A stretch of 64,000 nucleotides of DNA from Mustelus asterias (Eukaryota), in NCBI RefSeq assembly GCF_964213995.1, contig NW_027590190.1:496001-560000 (forward strand), in the 5' to 3' direction. Positions within the stretch are counted from its first letter, which is position 1. Each line of letters starts with the position of its first letter. The notes beneath the pieces are model-generated. The model was not told where the DNA came from. It saw nothing but the letters and a program-made list of their open reading frames with translations, and ran no database searches. A program made the translations under genes and the position numbers. Shown piece after piece: positions 24,924 to 37,900 of the stretch.

Positions 24924-25953
24924 AGGCTGCCCCGCCCCCCCCCCCCCCCTGTTCCGCCAACGAGCATGGGCCGGGCCGGAGTGGGCAAGAGGTGGCACTG
25001 GGAGGAGCAGCCCCCCGGGAGCGTTACAGCGACGCCTGGTGGCCAGGAAGGGCAATAGCAGCAGCACAGTCTCTGCCCAAAGGCTTCCCCAGTTCAGCTG
25101 CTCAGAGACACTGGGAATGTCTTCAAGTGGAAACTTCAGCTTCTCACATTCACCCCCTGTGTTCAGTCATTGTTTCCTAGGCAACCTCTGTAGTGACATC
25201 ACTAACAACTTGTTCACATTGAAGGCCATGGCAATCTGGACCATTCGGCTTCAAAGCCATTGAGCTTTGAAACTTCAATTGAAATGTTGGAGATGAGAGT
25301 TTATCGATGCAAGTCATGTTGCATGTGGAACGCTCCTGATGCCACAATTAGAGCGGTGCAGACATCTCACAGGGTTGTGTGACTGGAGGAGATGTCAGAG
25401 ACGGGGTGGTTAAATATAGAGGGACAGGGTCTGAAGCTACGTTTTGGGTAAAAGATGGCAGTAATGTTGTGTCATTAATTTAGCTTCAGATAGTTGCTGG
25501 GGAGGGGGATAGAGAGGTTGGGGAGTGATGTTTGTATTGGGGCAATCTCTCTCTCTCTCTCTCTCATCATGTATATATATGAATCCATCTCTCACTCTCT
25601 ATCTCTCTTTACCCATTGTGTCCAGAGTCTTGTGAAGGTGCAGGCCGGTGGCAGGTTCTGTTTCCTGAAGGACATTACCGAACCTGTCAGATTATTGTGA
25701 CAATCCAGTAGTTTTCATGATCACTTTTTCCGAGTGGCGGCCCCACAAATGATCAGATTCATTCAGCTCAATTTCACAATCTGCCTTTGTGTTTTTGTGG
25801 GTTCTCTCTCACTTCCTTTTTTCTGTTCGAACTCAATTTCCCAGGGTTTTAGAAGAGGAGGATTTGCAGTTGGGAAACTGAAACCAAATATGATATCGAA
25901 ACCTGCTGGAGTTAGCCAATTTATTGTAACCTGAATATCATTGTGTTTTGAAC

Positions 25954-26454
25954 ATGGAAGGAAAAAGCACCATTTTTAGGGGAGAGAACCTGTACACGTG
26001 TTCTGTGTGTGGACAGGACTTCAACCAATCATCCAGGCTTTCGGAACATAATTGCAGTCACAACAGGGAGAAGCTGTGGAAATGTGGGGACTGTGGGAAG
26101 GGATTTGATTACCCACCCCAGCTGGAGATTCATCGGGGCAGTCACAGCAGGGAGAGACCATTCACCTGCTCCCAGTGTGGGAAGGGATTCACTCAGTCAA
26201 ACAGCTTACATATACACCAGAGAACTCACACTGAGGAGAGGCCATTCACCTGCTCCCAGTGTGGGAAGGGATTCATTACCTCATCCCATCTGCTGAAACA
26301 TCGGCGAATCCACACTGGAGAGAGGCCGTTCACTTGCTGTGTGTGTGGGAAGAGATTCACTCAGTCTTCAAACCTCTTTATATGCCCTGTTTGCCCTGTC
26401 TTTATATGCCCTGTTTGTGAACAGAATTCCCACTCACCTGAAGAAGGGGCTTGA
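25954..26454 (+). pseudogene. C2H2 zinc-finger gene copy 2: 4 complete fingers plus a truncated 5th
   Basis: Paralog of 10726-11436; acceptor at 25844/25845; stop codon lies inside the Penelope-like repeat. Confidence 0.85.
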
Positions 26455-26570
26455 AGCTCCGAAAGCTTGTGTGGCTTTTGCTCCCAAATAAAGCTGTTGG
26501 ACTTTAAGCTGGTGTTGTTAAACTTCTTACTGTGTTTACCCCAGTCCAACGCCGGCATCTCCACATCATG
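26375..26570 (+). mobile_element. Penelope-like pseudo-LTR fragment (copy 2)
   Basis: Paralog of 11231-11426. Confidence 0.6.
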
Positions 26571-26666
26571 TTCTGTCTGAGTCAGAGGTGGGAGAAGATT
26601 CCATCAAGAGGAAATTGAATGGGAAGCTGAAGGGAAAATATTGACAGCGTTACGGGGAGAGGGTGG

Positions 26667-27667
26667 AGGATTTGGAATACTGCGTCCAGTTCTGGTCGCC
26701 ACACTCCCAGAAGGACGTGGAGGCTTTGGAGAGAGTACAGAGGAGGTTTACCAGGATGTTGCCTGGTATGGAGGGGCTTGGTTATGAGGAGAGATTGGGG
26801 AAACTGGGGTTGTTCTCCTTGGAAAGACGGAGGATGAGGGGAGACTTAATAGAGGTGTATAAAATTATGAAAGGCATAGATAGGGTGAACGGTGGGAAGC
26901 TTTTCCCCGGGTCGGTGGTGACGTTCACGAGGGGTCATAGGTTCAAGGTGAAGGGGGGAAGGTTTAACACTGATATCAGAAGGACATATTTTACACAGAG
27001 GGTGGTGGGGGCCTGGAATGTGTTGCCGGACAAGGTGGTGGAGGCGGACACACTGGGAACGTTTAAGACTTATCTAGACAGCTATATGAACGGAGTGGGA
27101 ATGGAGGGATACAAAAGAGTGGTCTAGTTTGGACCAGGGAGAGGCGCGGGCTAATTGTTCTTTGTTTCTCGTTTCAAGGCTTCATTCTATGATCATCTTG
27201 CTGGTGCCAGTACAGAGCGAGACTGCGGATAGTTGGGAACCTGTCTCGGGGGCAGGGAATTCAGATGGTGTTCGTAAAGCAGAAGTGGAAATGACTAGGG
27301 TTGGGAAGCAGTTTCTGATCAGGGCCAGTGTGATCTCCTGGACTCGTTTCGATCGCCTCAGGGGGTCGGAGAGGAATTTCCCAGATTTTTTTTCCCCATA
27401 TTGGCCCTGGGGTTTTTCACTCTGGGTTTTCGCCTCTCCCTGGAGATCACATGGTCTGGAATGGGGGGGTGGGGGTGAGTTAATAGGTTGTGATGAACAA
27501 AGCATCGTAGCTGTGAGGGACAGCTCGGTGGATAGGATATTAGGATGTAGATAGGCTGGAAAATTGGGCGGGGATCCTGGATTCAGGATTCAATCCTGGA
27601 CCGGGGAGCGGCGCGGGCTTGGAGGGCCGAAGGGCCTGTTCCTGTGCTGTATTGTTCTTTGTTCTTT
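26667..27667 (+). mobile_element. Young 5'-truncated CR1 with long 3' UTR, absent from unit 1
   Basis: Open ORF2 end LEYCVQFWSPH...MEGYKRVV*; empty paralogous site at ~11525. Confidence 0.9.
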
Positions 27668-27912
27668 GATTGGGAATAGTGAAACTGCTCTTGCAGTGTG
27701 TCGATCCAGGCTTGACGGGCTGAATGGCCTCCTGTGCTGTCCCCATTCTATGATTCATACACAAGTTAACTTCTCAGTGTCTATTAGGCCCCACTCGTTC
27801 CTCCATGATCAGTTCCAGCATTTCAAGTTCAGATCCCAGTACTTTTTAGTTGGGGGATTGAGGAGTAAAACAGAAATAGGAATAAGAGTGTCGGTGCGCT
27901 TATGTTTTTGTA

Positions 27913-27965
<53 letters not shown>

Positions 27966-28250
27966 CAGTTTCTAAGTGTGTGCAAGTGTCTATTTCAATG
28001 TGTGTTTCTGTGTGTGTGATTGTGTTTCTCTGCGTGTGTCTGTGAGTGAGTGTCTGTGTCTGTGTGTGTGTCTCTCTCTGGGTCTTTGTGCATGTGTGTC
28101 TGTGAGTGTGTGTTTGTGTCTCTCTGCGTGTGTGTCTGTGTGTCTCTCTCTTTGTCTATGTGTGTGTGTCTATGAGTGTGTGTGTGTGTCTGTATCTCTG
28201 TGAGTGCGTCTGTGTGTGTGTGTGTCTATGAGTGTGTGTGTGTGTTTGTG

Positions 28251-30603
28251 TGTGTTTGTCATGATCTGTTTGAGTGGGGGAGCAGGCTCGATGGGTCAAA
28301 TGGCCTCCAACTGCACATATTTGAGATTCAAATACATTGACACACATGCATGCTCACACACACACACACACACACACAGAAAGATATACACAGTATTGAC
28401 ATATTTATTGACCATTTAATGTGACTGAATGCTACACATCCTGGTTTGCCGATGACACAAAACATTAGACAGCATTGTAAGCAGCGCAGCTGGAAACATC
28501 ACATTGGAAAGAGTTATTCATATTTTGTACATGGACAAAACTGGTGGAGAGGTTTCAGTGCAGGGAAATGTAAACTGACACAACTTAGATTTAAAAGGGA
28601 TAGAACAACGTACTTTAATAAATGATGAAATGACAGAAACAGTGGAAGCTCCAAATGTCCAGATATTTCACAGCTGAATTCGTACAATACACACAGCAAT
28701 GGATCTGATATTGCGGAATTGTTGTAAATGTGGTTAATCTCAGTACGGAGGCTGTATTCATGTTACAATGTTAACCTGATCACTCTCATCAAAACAGGGT
28801 CAACATTTCTGTACAATGTGAGTGAATCATCAGCTCAAATAGTTCAGGTTCAATGTTTAAAATAACCAGTCACTTTTCTGTGGCTGCTTTGGGAATGTCT
28901 CTCTACACCCTACCTATGACTGCAACACTACATTCTGCACCCTCTCTTTTACTTCTCCCCAATGTACTCTATGAACGGTATGTTTTGTCTGTACAGCATA
29001 CAAGAAACAATACTTTTCACTGTATCCCAATACATGCGACAATAATAAATCAAATCAAATTAAAATCCTCCCAATTCTTTCCTCCACGATAGGTCGCAGC
29101 ATTTAAAGAACACGCCCAGGGCCCAGTGCTGAGTCTGAGGGTATCTGACTACAGTAAGGTGAGTGATACAGGAGGGTCTCACTGTCTGAGGGAGGTGAGT
29201 CTTAGCCGGGGGGTGCGTGAGTGACCCAGGTTAATCTGACACTCCAGGGACAGTTGGAATGGAGCTTTCCCCCGGGCTGTCCCCTCCCCGTGTCTGCGTG
29301 GGTTTCCTCCGGGTGCTCCGGTTTCCTCCCACAGTCTGAAAGATGTGCTGGTTAGGGTGCATTGGCCGTGCTAAATTCTCCCTCAGTGTAACCCGAACAG
29401 GCGCCGGAGTGTGGGGACTAGGGGATTCTCACAGTAACTTCATTGTAGTGTTAATGTAAGTCTACTTCTGACACTAATAAATAAACTGAAACTGAAGGTC
29501 AAGGTGCTGCTGTGACAATGCACTCTTGTTTAAACACTCTGCAATGCTGAGACTGGGAGAAGTGACCAACAGGGGGCAGCATTGCAGCTTCTGTCCCCCT
29601 ATTGAAACTGGGATTGTTGCTCCATCTGCTGCACAATCCCAACCCCATCCACTGGGGGCAATCTGGACAATGGCTGCAGACAGACCTCACTGCGCGTGCG
29701 CCGCAATGACACCCACCGCCGGCGGCCATTTTGCGTTGCCAAGGGAGACGGCCAGCGGCCATATTCCGTTGCCAAGGGAGGCGGCGGCGGCGACCATCTT
29801 GCGTTGCCAGGGGAGACGGCATCAATGCGGCGGCGTCCCGCGCGCTGACCTCTGGGAGCATTCCCGTCCCGCACATGCGCACAGGTCGCCCCGCCCCCTC
29901 GACAGACCCCCCTGCTGTCCCGCCAACGAGCATGGGCCGGAGTGGGCAAGAGGTGACACTGGGAGGAGCAGCCCCCGGGAGCGTCACAGCGACACCTGGT
30001 GGCCAGGAAGGGCAATAGCAGCAGCACAGTCTCTGCCCAAAGGCTTCCCCAGTTCAGCTGCTCAGAGACACTGGGAATGTCTTCAAGTGGAAACTTCAGC
30101 TTCTCACATTCACCCCCTGTGTTCAGTCATTGTTTCCTAGACAACCTCTGTAGTGACATCACAAACAACTTGTTCACACTGAAGGCCATGGCAATCTGGA
30201 CCATTCGGCTTCAAAGCCATTGAGCTTTGAAATTTCAATTGAAATGTTGGAGATGAGAGTTTATCGATGCAAGTCATGTTGCATGTGGAACGCTCACGAT
30301 GCCACAATTAGAGCGGTGCAGACATCTCACAGGGTTGTGTGACTGGAGGAGATGTCAGAGACGGGGTGGTTAAATATAGAGGGACAGGGTCTGAAGCTAA
30401 GTTTTGGGTAAAAGATGGCAGTAATGTTGTGACATTAATTTAGCTTCAGATAGTTGCTGGGGAGGGGGATAGAGAGGTTGGGGAGTGTGTTTGTATTGGG
30501 GCAATCTCTCTCTCTCTCTCTCATCATGTATATATATGAATCCATCTCTCACTCTCTATCTCTCTTTACCCATTGTGTCCAGAGTCTTGTGAAGGCGCAG
30601 ACC
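28251..30603 (+). repeat. Segmental duplication unit 3 (internally deleted, ends at Tx1 junction)
   Basis: 28251-28898 matches 12141-12918; 28899-30603 matches 23941-25645. Confidence 0.9.
29689..29882. promoter_or_regulatory. NRF1/YY1/RFX-like promoter (copy 3)
   Basis: Paralog of 24731-24923. Confidence 0.6.
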
Positions 30604-31714
30604 GGCGGAGAGGGGGGCTGTGGACGCCGGGGTGACCAGAATCGGGGACGTGCTCGATGAGAGAGGGGCGGGCTGGATGAGTCCCCGCGTGCTGGCTGAG
30701 CGCGCGGGGATGTCCGTCTGGCGCGCGGCCAAAGCCATCCTAGACCTTAGGACGGTCGTGCTCGGCCCCGAAACTGCACGCAAACTTGAGACGGCGCAGG
30801 CGTGCGGTGGGATCCCGCCCGAGCGTTCCCCTGTTCGGGCGGAATTCCACATTGGCCCAAAGCCTCAGCCCCCTCCCCTGGGTGAGGTGCCCCACAGCCT
30901 GAGCCGCCTCGCGGAAATGCCCTCCGTGCCTTTTTCTACCGCGCGGAGGCGTTTCCTGTGCGGGCTGCTGCTGCACACCCTCCACTACCGCCTCCTCGCC
31001 TGTCGCCCGGATACACCTTGGCGGGCCTTGTTGCCGCCGGGCGGCGGAGGTCCCCGCTGGAGGTCCCTCTACGGAGGGATCTCCCCCAATTACGTCGGGG
31101 ACCTGGGGTGGAGGGTGATGCATGCAGCAGTTCCGCACAACCGTAGGATTCACTGGTTCACGGGCTCCCAAGACTGCCCTTTCTGCGGCCTTGTGGAGTC
31201 CGTGGACCATGTCTATGTTGAGTGTCTTAGGCTGCACTCCCTTTATGTTTTCCTGAAGAACCTTTTATTGATGTTTTGTTTGCACTTCAGTCCCACGCTC
31301 CTGATCTACGGACACCCGGTGCGGAGAGGGGAGGGTCGGGATGGCGACCTCCTCGTGAACCTGCTCCTGGGCCTGGCGAAACGTGCCATTTACCGGTCCA
31401 GGCAGCGGGCGATCGAGGGGGCCGTCCATCCTGACTGTCTTCCCCTCTACCACAGCTACGTTCGCGGCCAGGTGTCCCTGGAGAGGGAGCATGCGGTGTC
31501 CACGGGCGAGGTTGACGCTTTCCGCGCCCGCTGGGCACCGCAGGGGTTGGGGTGCATTATTGACCCTAATAATCACATTTTAATTTGATGTTTTTAAGTT
31601 TCCTTTGCATTTTGATTTCTGTTCGGGCTGTTCCCCCTCCTTTTTGGGGAGCTGCCCCTTTTACTTTGTCCTGATTTAATTTGAGTTTGTTTACTTGGTT
31701 TGACCTAAAAAGAG
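30604..31714 (+). mobile_element. Tx1-clade non-LTR retrotransposon copy A (5'-truncated)
   Basis: Last ~325 codons of ORF2 (stop 31588) plus 3' UTR, near-identical to 37858-38968. Confidence 0.95.
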
Positions 31715-31746
31715 GTCTCTCTCTGAATGAAGATTGAGCTTCAGAC
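31715..31746 (+). repeat. Target/TSD motif 1
   Basis: gtctctctctgaatgaagattgagcttcagac between copies A and B. Confidence 0.85.
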
Positions 31747-32038
31747 GGCCTGAAACGTGCCTCCTCTGGGGCAGCGCCTGCACTTTGTTTCCGGGGTGAG
31801 GTGGATTCGTGTTCGCCCGAGTAGCGGGGGGCCCCGGGTCGGAGCCGGGCGGAAACTGTGGGTTTGTTTTCTTTTCTTTTTTTGTGAGTACCTTTATTTT
31901 TTTTTTCTCTCGTTTTTGCTCACGGAGACGCCCGGTTTTTGTTTTTGTTTTGTTGGGTTTGTTTGTTTTTCGCTCCCTGCGGGGAGGAAGGAGGGAGGTG
32001 AGCTGCTGCCTGCCTTGCCCGGCCTGCCTGTTGCCTGC

Positions 32039-32400
32039 CTGCCTGCCGTCTGGCCTGCTTACCTGCCTGCCGTCTGGCCTGCTTACCTGCCTGCCTGCCG
32101 TCTGGCCTGCTTACCTGCCTGCCTGCCGTCTGGCCTGCTTACCTGCCTGCCTGCCGTCTGGCCTGCTTACCTGCCTGCCTGCCGTCTGGCCTGCTTACCT
32201 GCCTGCCTGCCGTCTGGCCTGCTTACCTGCCTGCCTGCCGTCTGGCCTGCTTACCTGCCTGCCTGCCGTCTGGCCTGCTTACCTGCCTGCCTGCCGTCTG
32301 GCCTGCTTACCTGCCTGCCTGCCGTCTGGCCTGCTTGCCTGCCTGCCTGCCGTCTGGCCTGCCTGCCGGCCTGCTTGCCGTCTGGCCTACCTGCCGTCTG
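32039..32400 (+). repeat. 28-bp CCTG-rich tandem repeat in Tx1-B 5' UTR (~11-12 units)
   Basis: Unit ctgccgtctggcctgcttacctgcctgc. Confidence 0.9.
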
Positions 32401-32824
32401 GACTGCCTGACTGCCTGCTTGCCTGCCATCCGGCCTCTGGGGGGTGCGCTCTCCCCGGGGGGGGGGGGGGGGGGGAGGAAGAGAGGACAGGGAGTGACTG
32501 GAGGAGAGGGGGGGGGCGAAGGCGTTTGGACTGTCTCTTTTCCATCTGCAGTGGGGGGGGTGAAGACCTTTCCTATTTCCCCTACCCACTACTGCTGCCC
32601 CCAGGACCGGCACCCCCTCCCCTTTTCCCTCCTGACTGGGGCACCGGCCTTGTGCCTCATCTCCCTCCTGCTCCTCCAACCTCCTCTCTCCCTCTCTCGC
32701 TCCGGGGAGAGAGCACCTACACCCTTCCCCGCCTACCCCACCCTGCCTTATCTTCCCCATCCCACATACGCCCTGCCGTGCATCTGGGCAGTCTCGGGGT
32801 GGGCGTAGCACTTCCCCTGATACC

Positions 32825-34920
32825 ATGGCGACATCACCAGCGTCGCCGGTGGCAGGGCCTTCTCGGCCCACCTATGCGGGCGTGGCGGCTGCCAGAGCCC
32901 CCGCCGCTCCCAAGGCCCTGCCGCCATTCTCTTTAATCACGCGGCAGCTCGGGGTGAAGTGCTACGCCCACCCCGACATGTCTATCGAGGCCTGCGTTAA
33001 GGCAATGGCTGGGGTTGTCGGCCCCTCAGCCATTGTCGCGGCCTCGAAGATGTACGGCCGGGCTGTATTCTTCCTGAAGGCCGAGCGGGCGGTTCGCCTC
33101 GCCCTGGAAAAGGGGCTCACGGTGGGCGGGACGTTCCTGGCGGTGGACCCATTGGAGGCCACCGCCCACAAGATAGTAATATCAAACGTCCCGCCCTTCC
33201 TACCGAGTGAGCTCCTCCTCCCCCACCTCCATCTACTGGGGGAGGTCAGGTCCGGGGTGCAGCCGATCCCGCTCGGCCTTCGGGACCCCTCCCTCCGCCA
33301 CATATACTCCTTCCGGCGCCAGGTTTTTGTCCGCCTGGCCCGGGAGGAGGAACTGGAGGGAGGGTTCAATGTCCCCCACGAGGGGACCACGTACCGGGTC
33401 TTTTGGTCCGCGGACGGTGTGCGGTGCCATGCCTGTAAGGAGGCGGGGCACGTGAGAAAAAACTGCCCCGTCTCCAAGGCCGCCGACCACCAACCCAAGG
33501 CGGCCGCAGCTGGCACCGCAGCCCCCTCTCCCCCCAAGCGAGTACCATCTGCCCCCCCGCGAGGGGAGGCCACGCCGGCAGCAGCTGCCACCTCAGCTGC
33601 CGGCGGGGGGGGAGCGGAGCCCCCGCGCGGCCAAAAGGCCCATAAGGGACCTACAAAAAAGAAGGGGGGTACCGGAACCCCGGCCCCCAGGGAAAACACC
33701 CCAACCACCCCGGCAGCCGGCTCGGGGACCGCCTCAGTCTCCACCTGCGCCCCCCCCCCACCACCACCATCTGCCGGGCCCGTGGGCTCTCCGGGGCCTA
33801 GTGCTGGGTCCGGCGCCCGGGATCATGGGCCCGAGCATGGGGGGGTAAGCGACCCCGAGCCGGCAAAACTGGCGACGCCGCCACCTCGGGGGGACGTGAC
33901 GGGAGAGCAGGGGGGGCGCGGCAAGGCGAAGAGGGGCGGAGGGCGAGGGGCCTCGCCTGCCCGAGGGCAGGTTAACAAAAAGAGGCGGGGCCCCTCGGGC
34001 ACCGTAGAGTCCGAGGTCTGCGTGCCCCTCCCCCCTTGTGAGTCATCTCCTGCCGTGCCCCCACCTGTCTTTGTGCCTTGTCCCCAGAAAAAAGGGGGCA
34101 AGGCACCCTGTAAATCCAAGCATGTGTTGCCTCAGTCCCCCGGCGAGGAGTCTCCGGGGCCGGGTGGCAGCGGGGCCCCCACGGTTCCGTTCCACCCGGC
34201 CGGTTACAACCCGGAGTTCTTCTTCAGTCTGTCGGGGGACTGGGGCGACACTCCAATGTTCATGTCCTCGTGCGGCGGCGGCGAAGAGACGATCCACTCG
34301 TCCTCTCCGTCCCGACCTTGGACGCTGGACATCCCCAACCTCAGTCCGAAGGATACACCGGACCTGGGGGGTGTCCAAGCGTCTGGGGCGGGGGGGGGGC
34401 GGCTGGGCCGCCGTCGCACGGGGGCCCGCAATCCGGGAAAGGTGAGCCCGGGGGGAACCCCTCCTCCACCGATCCTGGGGGTGGGATCGGGGAGGGGCTA
34501 GGGCTAGTTGGTGGCTCCGTGCCGCCCGCCGTACGTCCTGCGGCGGGGGACTCGGAGTCGAGGGGCGACCGCCCTGAGGAGGTCAGCGGCTCGGTGGAGG
34601 GCACGGGGACACTTTCAGAGTCTGCCCAGAGCGAGGCGGGGGACTCCCTCGTGCCCCCCACCGAGTCGTCCCTCATCCCCTCCAAGGACCTCAGGGTCTT
34701 TATCCGTAACCATTCCGGTCGCTCCGACATAATCCGGCTAGCCCTCGGCCACTGGCCGGACCTGGCGCAGCTCGTCCGGTCCGTGAAGGCATGCTCGCAT
34801 GCCTCCGCGGGCCTGGAGAAAATAGAGCGGCGCTGGGTACTGCGGTTCCTCCACAGGCTCGAAAAGGTGGGGGGTGGACTGGTGAGAATTGCGCCAGCGC
34901 CCCCCCACACACCTAGTTAA
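32825..34920 (+). CDS. Tx1 ORF1 (gag-like, zinc knuckle), copy B; one frameshift in the G run near 34390-34399
   Basis: SIEACVKAMAGVVGPSAIVAASKMYG resembles Tx1 ORF1; CCHC knuckle CHACKEAGHVRKNC; copy C is in frame across this G run. Confidence 0.85.
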
Positions 34921-34948
34921 GTGGTGACGGTGGCACAAAGCTGCTGAC

Positions 34949-37900
34949 ATGAAGGTGACCATAGCCAGCCTCAACATCAACGGCAGCAGTGGGCCACACC
35001 GCAGGTTCCAGAACTTCTCGGTCCTCCGTGACGGGAAGTATGCGGTGTGTTTCCTGCAGGAAACCCACACCGTTCCGGGAGACGAAGCCCAATGGCTCCT
35101 GGAGTGGCGAGGGGGGGTCTACATGAGCCACCTCACGCTCGCTTCTTGCGGGGTGGCTATCTTGTTGGCCCCGCGTTATAAGCCGGAGATCTTGGGGGTC
35201 AAGGAGCCGGTGCCAGGCCGGTTGCTGCACTTGACGGTCCGTGAGGGGGGCGTGGTCATTCACTTGCTGAATGTCTACGCCCCGACCGCTGGACCGCAGC
35301 AAACGACTTTCTACGAGAAAGTGTCCGCTCACATCGACACCATCGCGGGGGGCGAATGCATTATCCTCGGGGGAGATTTCAACTGCATCCTCGAGGCACG
35401 GGACCGCACCGGCCCCTGGCTGCGCACTCCGGCGGTGGTGAAGTTGCGGGACCTGATCGGGTCCCACGACTTGGTGGACGTCTGGAGACATCTCCATCCT
35501 GGCTCCAGCGCCTTCACTTTCGTGAGGCCTGGAGTCGGAGCGTCCAGGCTCGACCGCCTTTACATTTCGAAGGCGCACGTGTCCGGCGTGTCCTCGGTCT
35601 CCATGCGGCCGGTGTCGAGCACGGACCACAGCCTGGTGTGGGCGGACTTTGCGCCGTCTCGCATCCGGCGGGGGTCCGCGTACTGGCACTTTAACAACAC
35701 GCTGCTGGAGGACGAGCACTTCCTGGACTCGTTCCGTCGATTCTGGGCCGGCTGGAGAAGGAAGCGGGGAGGCTTCCCCTCCTTGAGGCTCTGGTGGGAT
35801 GTGGGCAAGACTCACGTCTGTACCTTCTGTCAGGGGTACGCGAGGGGGTCGACAAAGAGGCGGAAATCCAGGCTCGAGGAGTTGGAGAAGGAGGTGCTCG
35901 ACCTGGAGGCACGTCTCAGTCGGCCTGACGCGGACCCGGCCCTGCGTTCGGAGTACAGGGAGAAGAAGGACGCGCTGCGAGACCTGCAGCTTGCCAGGTC
36001 TCGCGGCGCGTACGTGAGGTCGCGGCTCCAGTTCCAGGTGGACCTGGACCGCGGCTCCCCCTTCTTCTACTCGCTGGAAAGAGGGCGGGCTAACCGTCAG
36101 CAGCTCCTTACGCTGCTGGCCGACGACGGTTCCCCCGTCTCGGATCCGGAGGGCATCCGGGCCATTGCCCGGGAGTATTACACCTCGCTCTTCTCTCCGG
36201 ATCCGTCCAGCGAGGATGCCCGCAGACTTCTGTGGGAGGACCTGCCGCAGGTCAGCCCGGAGGGCGTCGGCAGGCTCGAGGCCCCTACCACCATGGCCGA
36301 GCTGACCGGCGCCCTAAATGGCCTCAGCCGGGGCAAGGCCCCTGGGCTGGACGGGCTGACAGTAGAGTTCTTCAGGGCGTTCTGGGACGTCCTGGGGAGC
36401 GACTACGCGGGGGTCCTGGGGGAGAGCGTCGCTACCGGGGAGATGCCCCTTTCGTGGCGCAGGGCCGTCATTGCCCTGCTGCCCAAGAAGGGGGATCTCC
36501 ACCTGCTCAAGAACTGGCGCCCGGTCTCCCTCCTCAGCACGGATTATAAAATCTTTGCCAGGGCTATGGCTTCACGCCTTGGATCCGTGCTGGACCACTT
36601 GATCCACCCTGACCAGTCCTACACGGTCCCGGGCCGTTGCATACATGACAATCTCCACCTGGTCCGGGACCTAATCCATCACACCCAGAGGGCTGGTCTG
36701 TCGGGCGCCTTCTTGTCATTAGATCAGGAGAAGGCGTTCGACAGGGTGGAGCACGAGTATTTACTCGGGACTCTGCGGGCATTCGGGTTCGGGACGCATT
36801 TTGTCGCCCGGATCCGATTACTGTACTCTGCCGCAGAGTGTGTGATTAAGGTTAACGGGTCCCTGACGGCGCCCCTTCGCTTCGGGAGAGGAGTACGGCA
36901 GGGCTGCCCCTTGTCCGGCCAACTGTATTCCGTATGCGTGGAGCCATTCCTGCGCCTCTTGCGGAGGAGGTTGTCAGGTTTGGTCCTGCGCGGACCGGAC
37001 GTAGGGGTGGTCCTGTCAGCTTACGCCGACGACGTGCTCCTCATGTTCACGGACCCGGCTGACCTGCGGAGGATGCGAGAATGCCAGGCGGTGTACTCCG
37101 CCGCGTCCTCCGCCAGGATCAACTGGGCCAAGTGCTCCGGACTCCTTGTCGGTCCTTGGGAGACGGACCCCCTCCCGGAGGAGCTCAGGCCTTTCACCTG
37201 GAGCAGGACCGACCTCCTCTACTTGGGGGCCCATCTCTGCCCAGCCGAGGAATCCTGGCCAGCGAACTGGCGGGAGCTGGAGGCCAAAGTCTCCGCCCGC
37301 CTGGGTCGCTGGACAGGACTGCTCCGAGTGCTGTCCTACGGGGCGCGAGCTCGCGTCATAAACCAGCTGGTCGCCTCCATGCTGTGGTACCGGCTGGTCC
37401 CTTTGACCCCTCCCCCTGGCTTTGTCACCGATATCCAGAGAACCCTCGTGCGGTTCTTCTGGGGCAATCGACTGCACTGGGTCCCTGCTGCGGTCCTGTA
37501 TCTCCCGCTTGAGGAGGGCGGACAAGGTCTGGTGTGCCTCCGCACTCAGATAGCGACCTTCCGCCTCCAGGCCCTACAGAGGTACCTTTACGTTGAGCCC
37601 CCTCCACAGTGGTGTGCCATGGCGACGTATTTCTTCCGCCAGTGGCACGGCCTCAATTATGACGTGCAGCTCCTGCATATCGAACTGGGGCGTGCTTCGA
37701 CCGCCCTGCAGGAGTTGCCCGTCTTTTACCAGGACCTCCTCACTGTCTGGAACAAGGTCGCCTCGCGACGCAGCTCTCCCCCGTCAGGAGTAGCGGCTCT
37801 CGTGCGAGAGCCGCTGCTCAGGAATCCGCTCCTCCAGCCGTATAACTTCAGGTGGCTGGCGGAGAGGGGGGCTGTGGACGCCGGGGTGACCAGAATCGGG

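Larger units (their letters stand above)
12141..28250 (+). repeat. Segmental duplication unit 2 (most complete, ~16 kb)
   Basis: Same ordered blocks as units 1 and 3; also holds ~19345-24440, which unit 1 lacks. Confidence 0.9.

Noticed and set aside
31759-31772. GCC-TCCTCTGG-GGC at the Tx1 5' end resembles P3/L3 of an HDV-like ribozyme
   Set aside because: No matching P1 pairing could be built, and the stem is not preserved in copy C (gcctcctctcgga)
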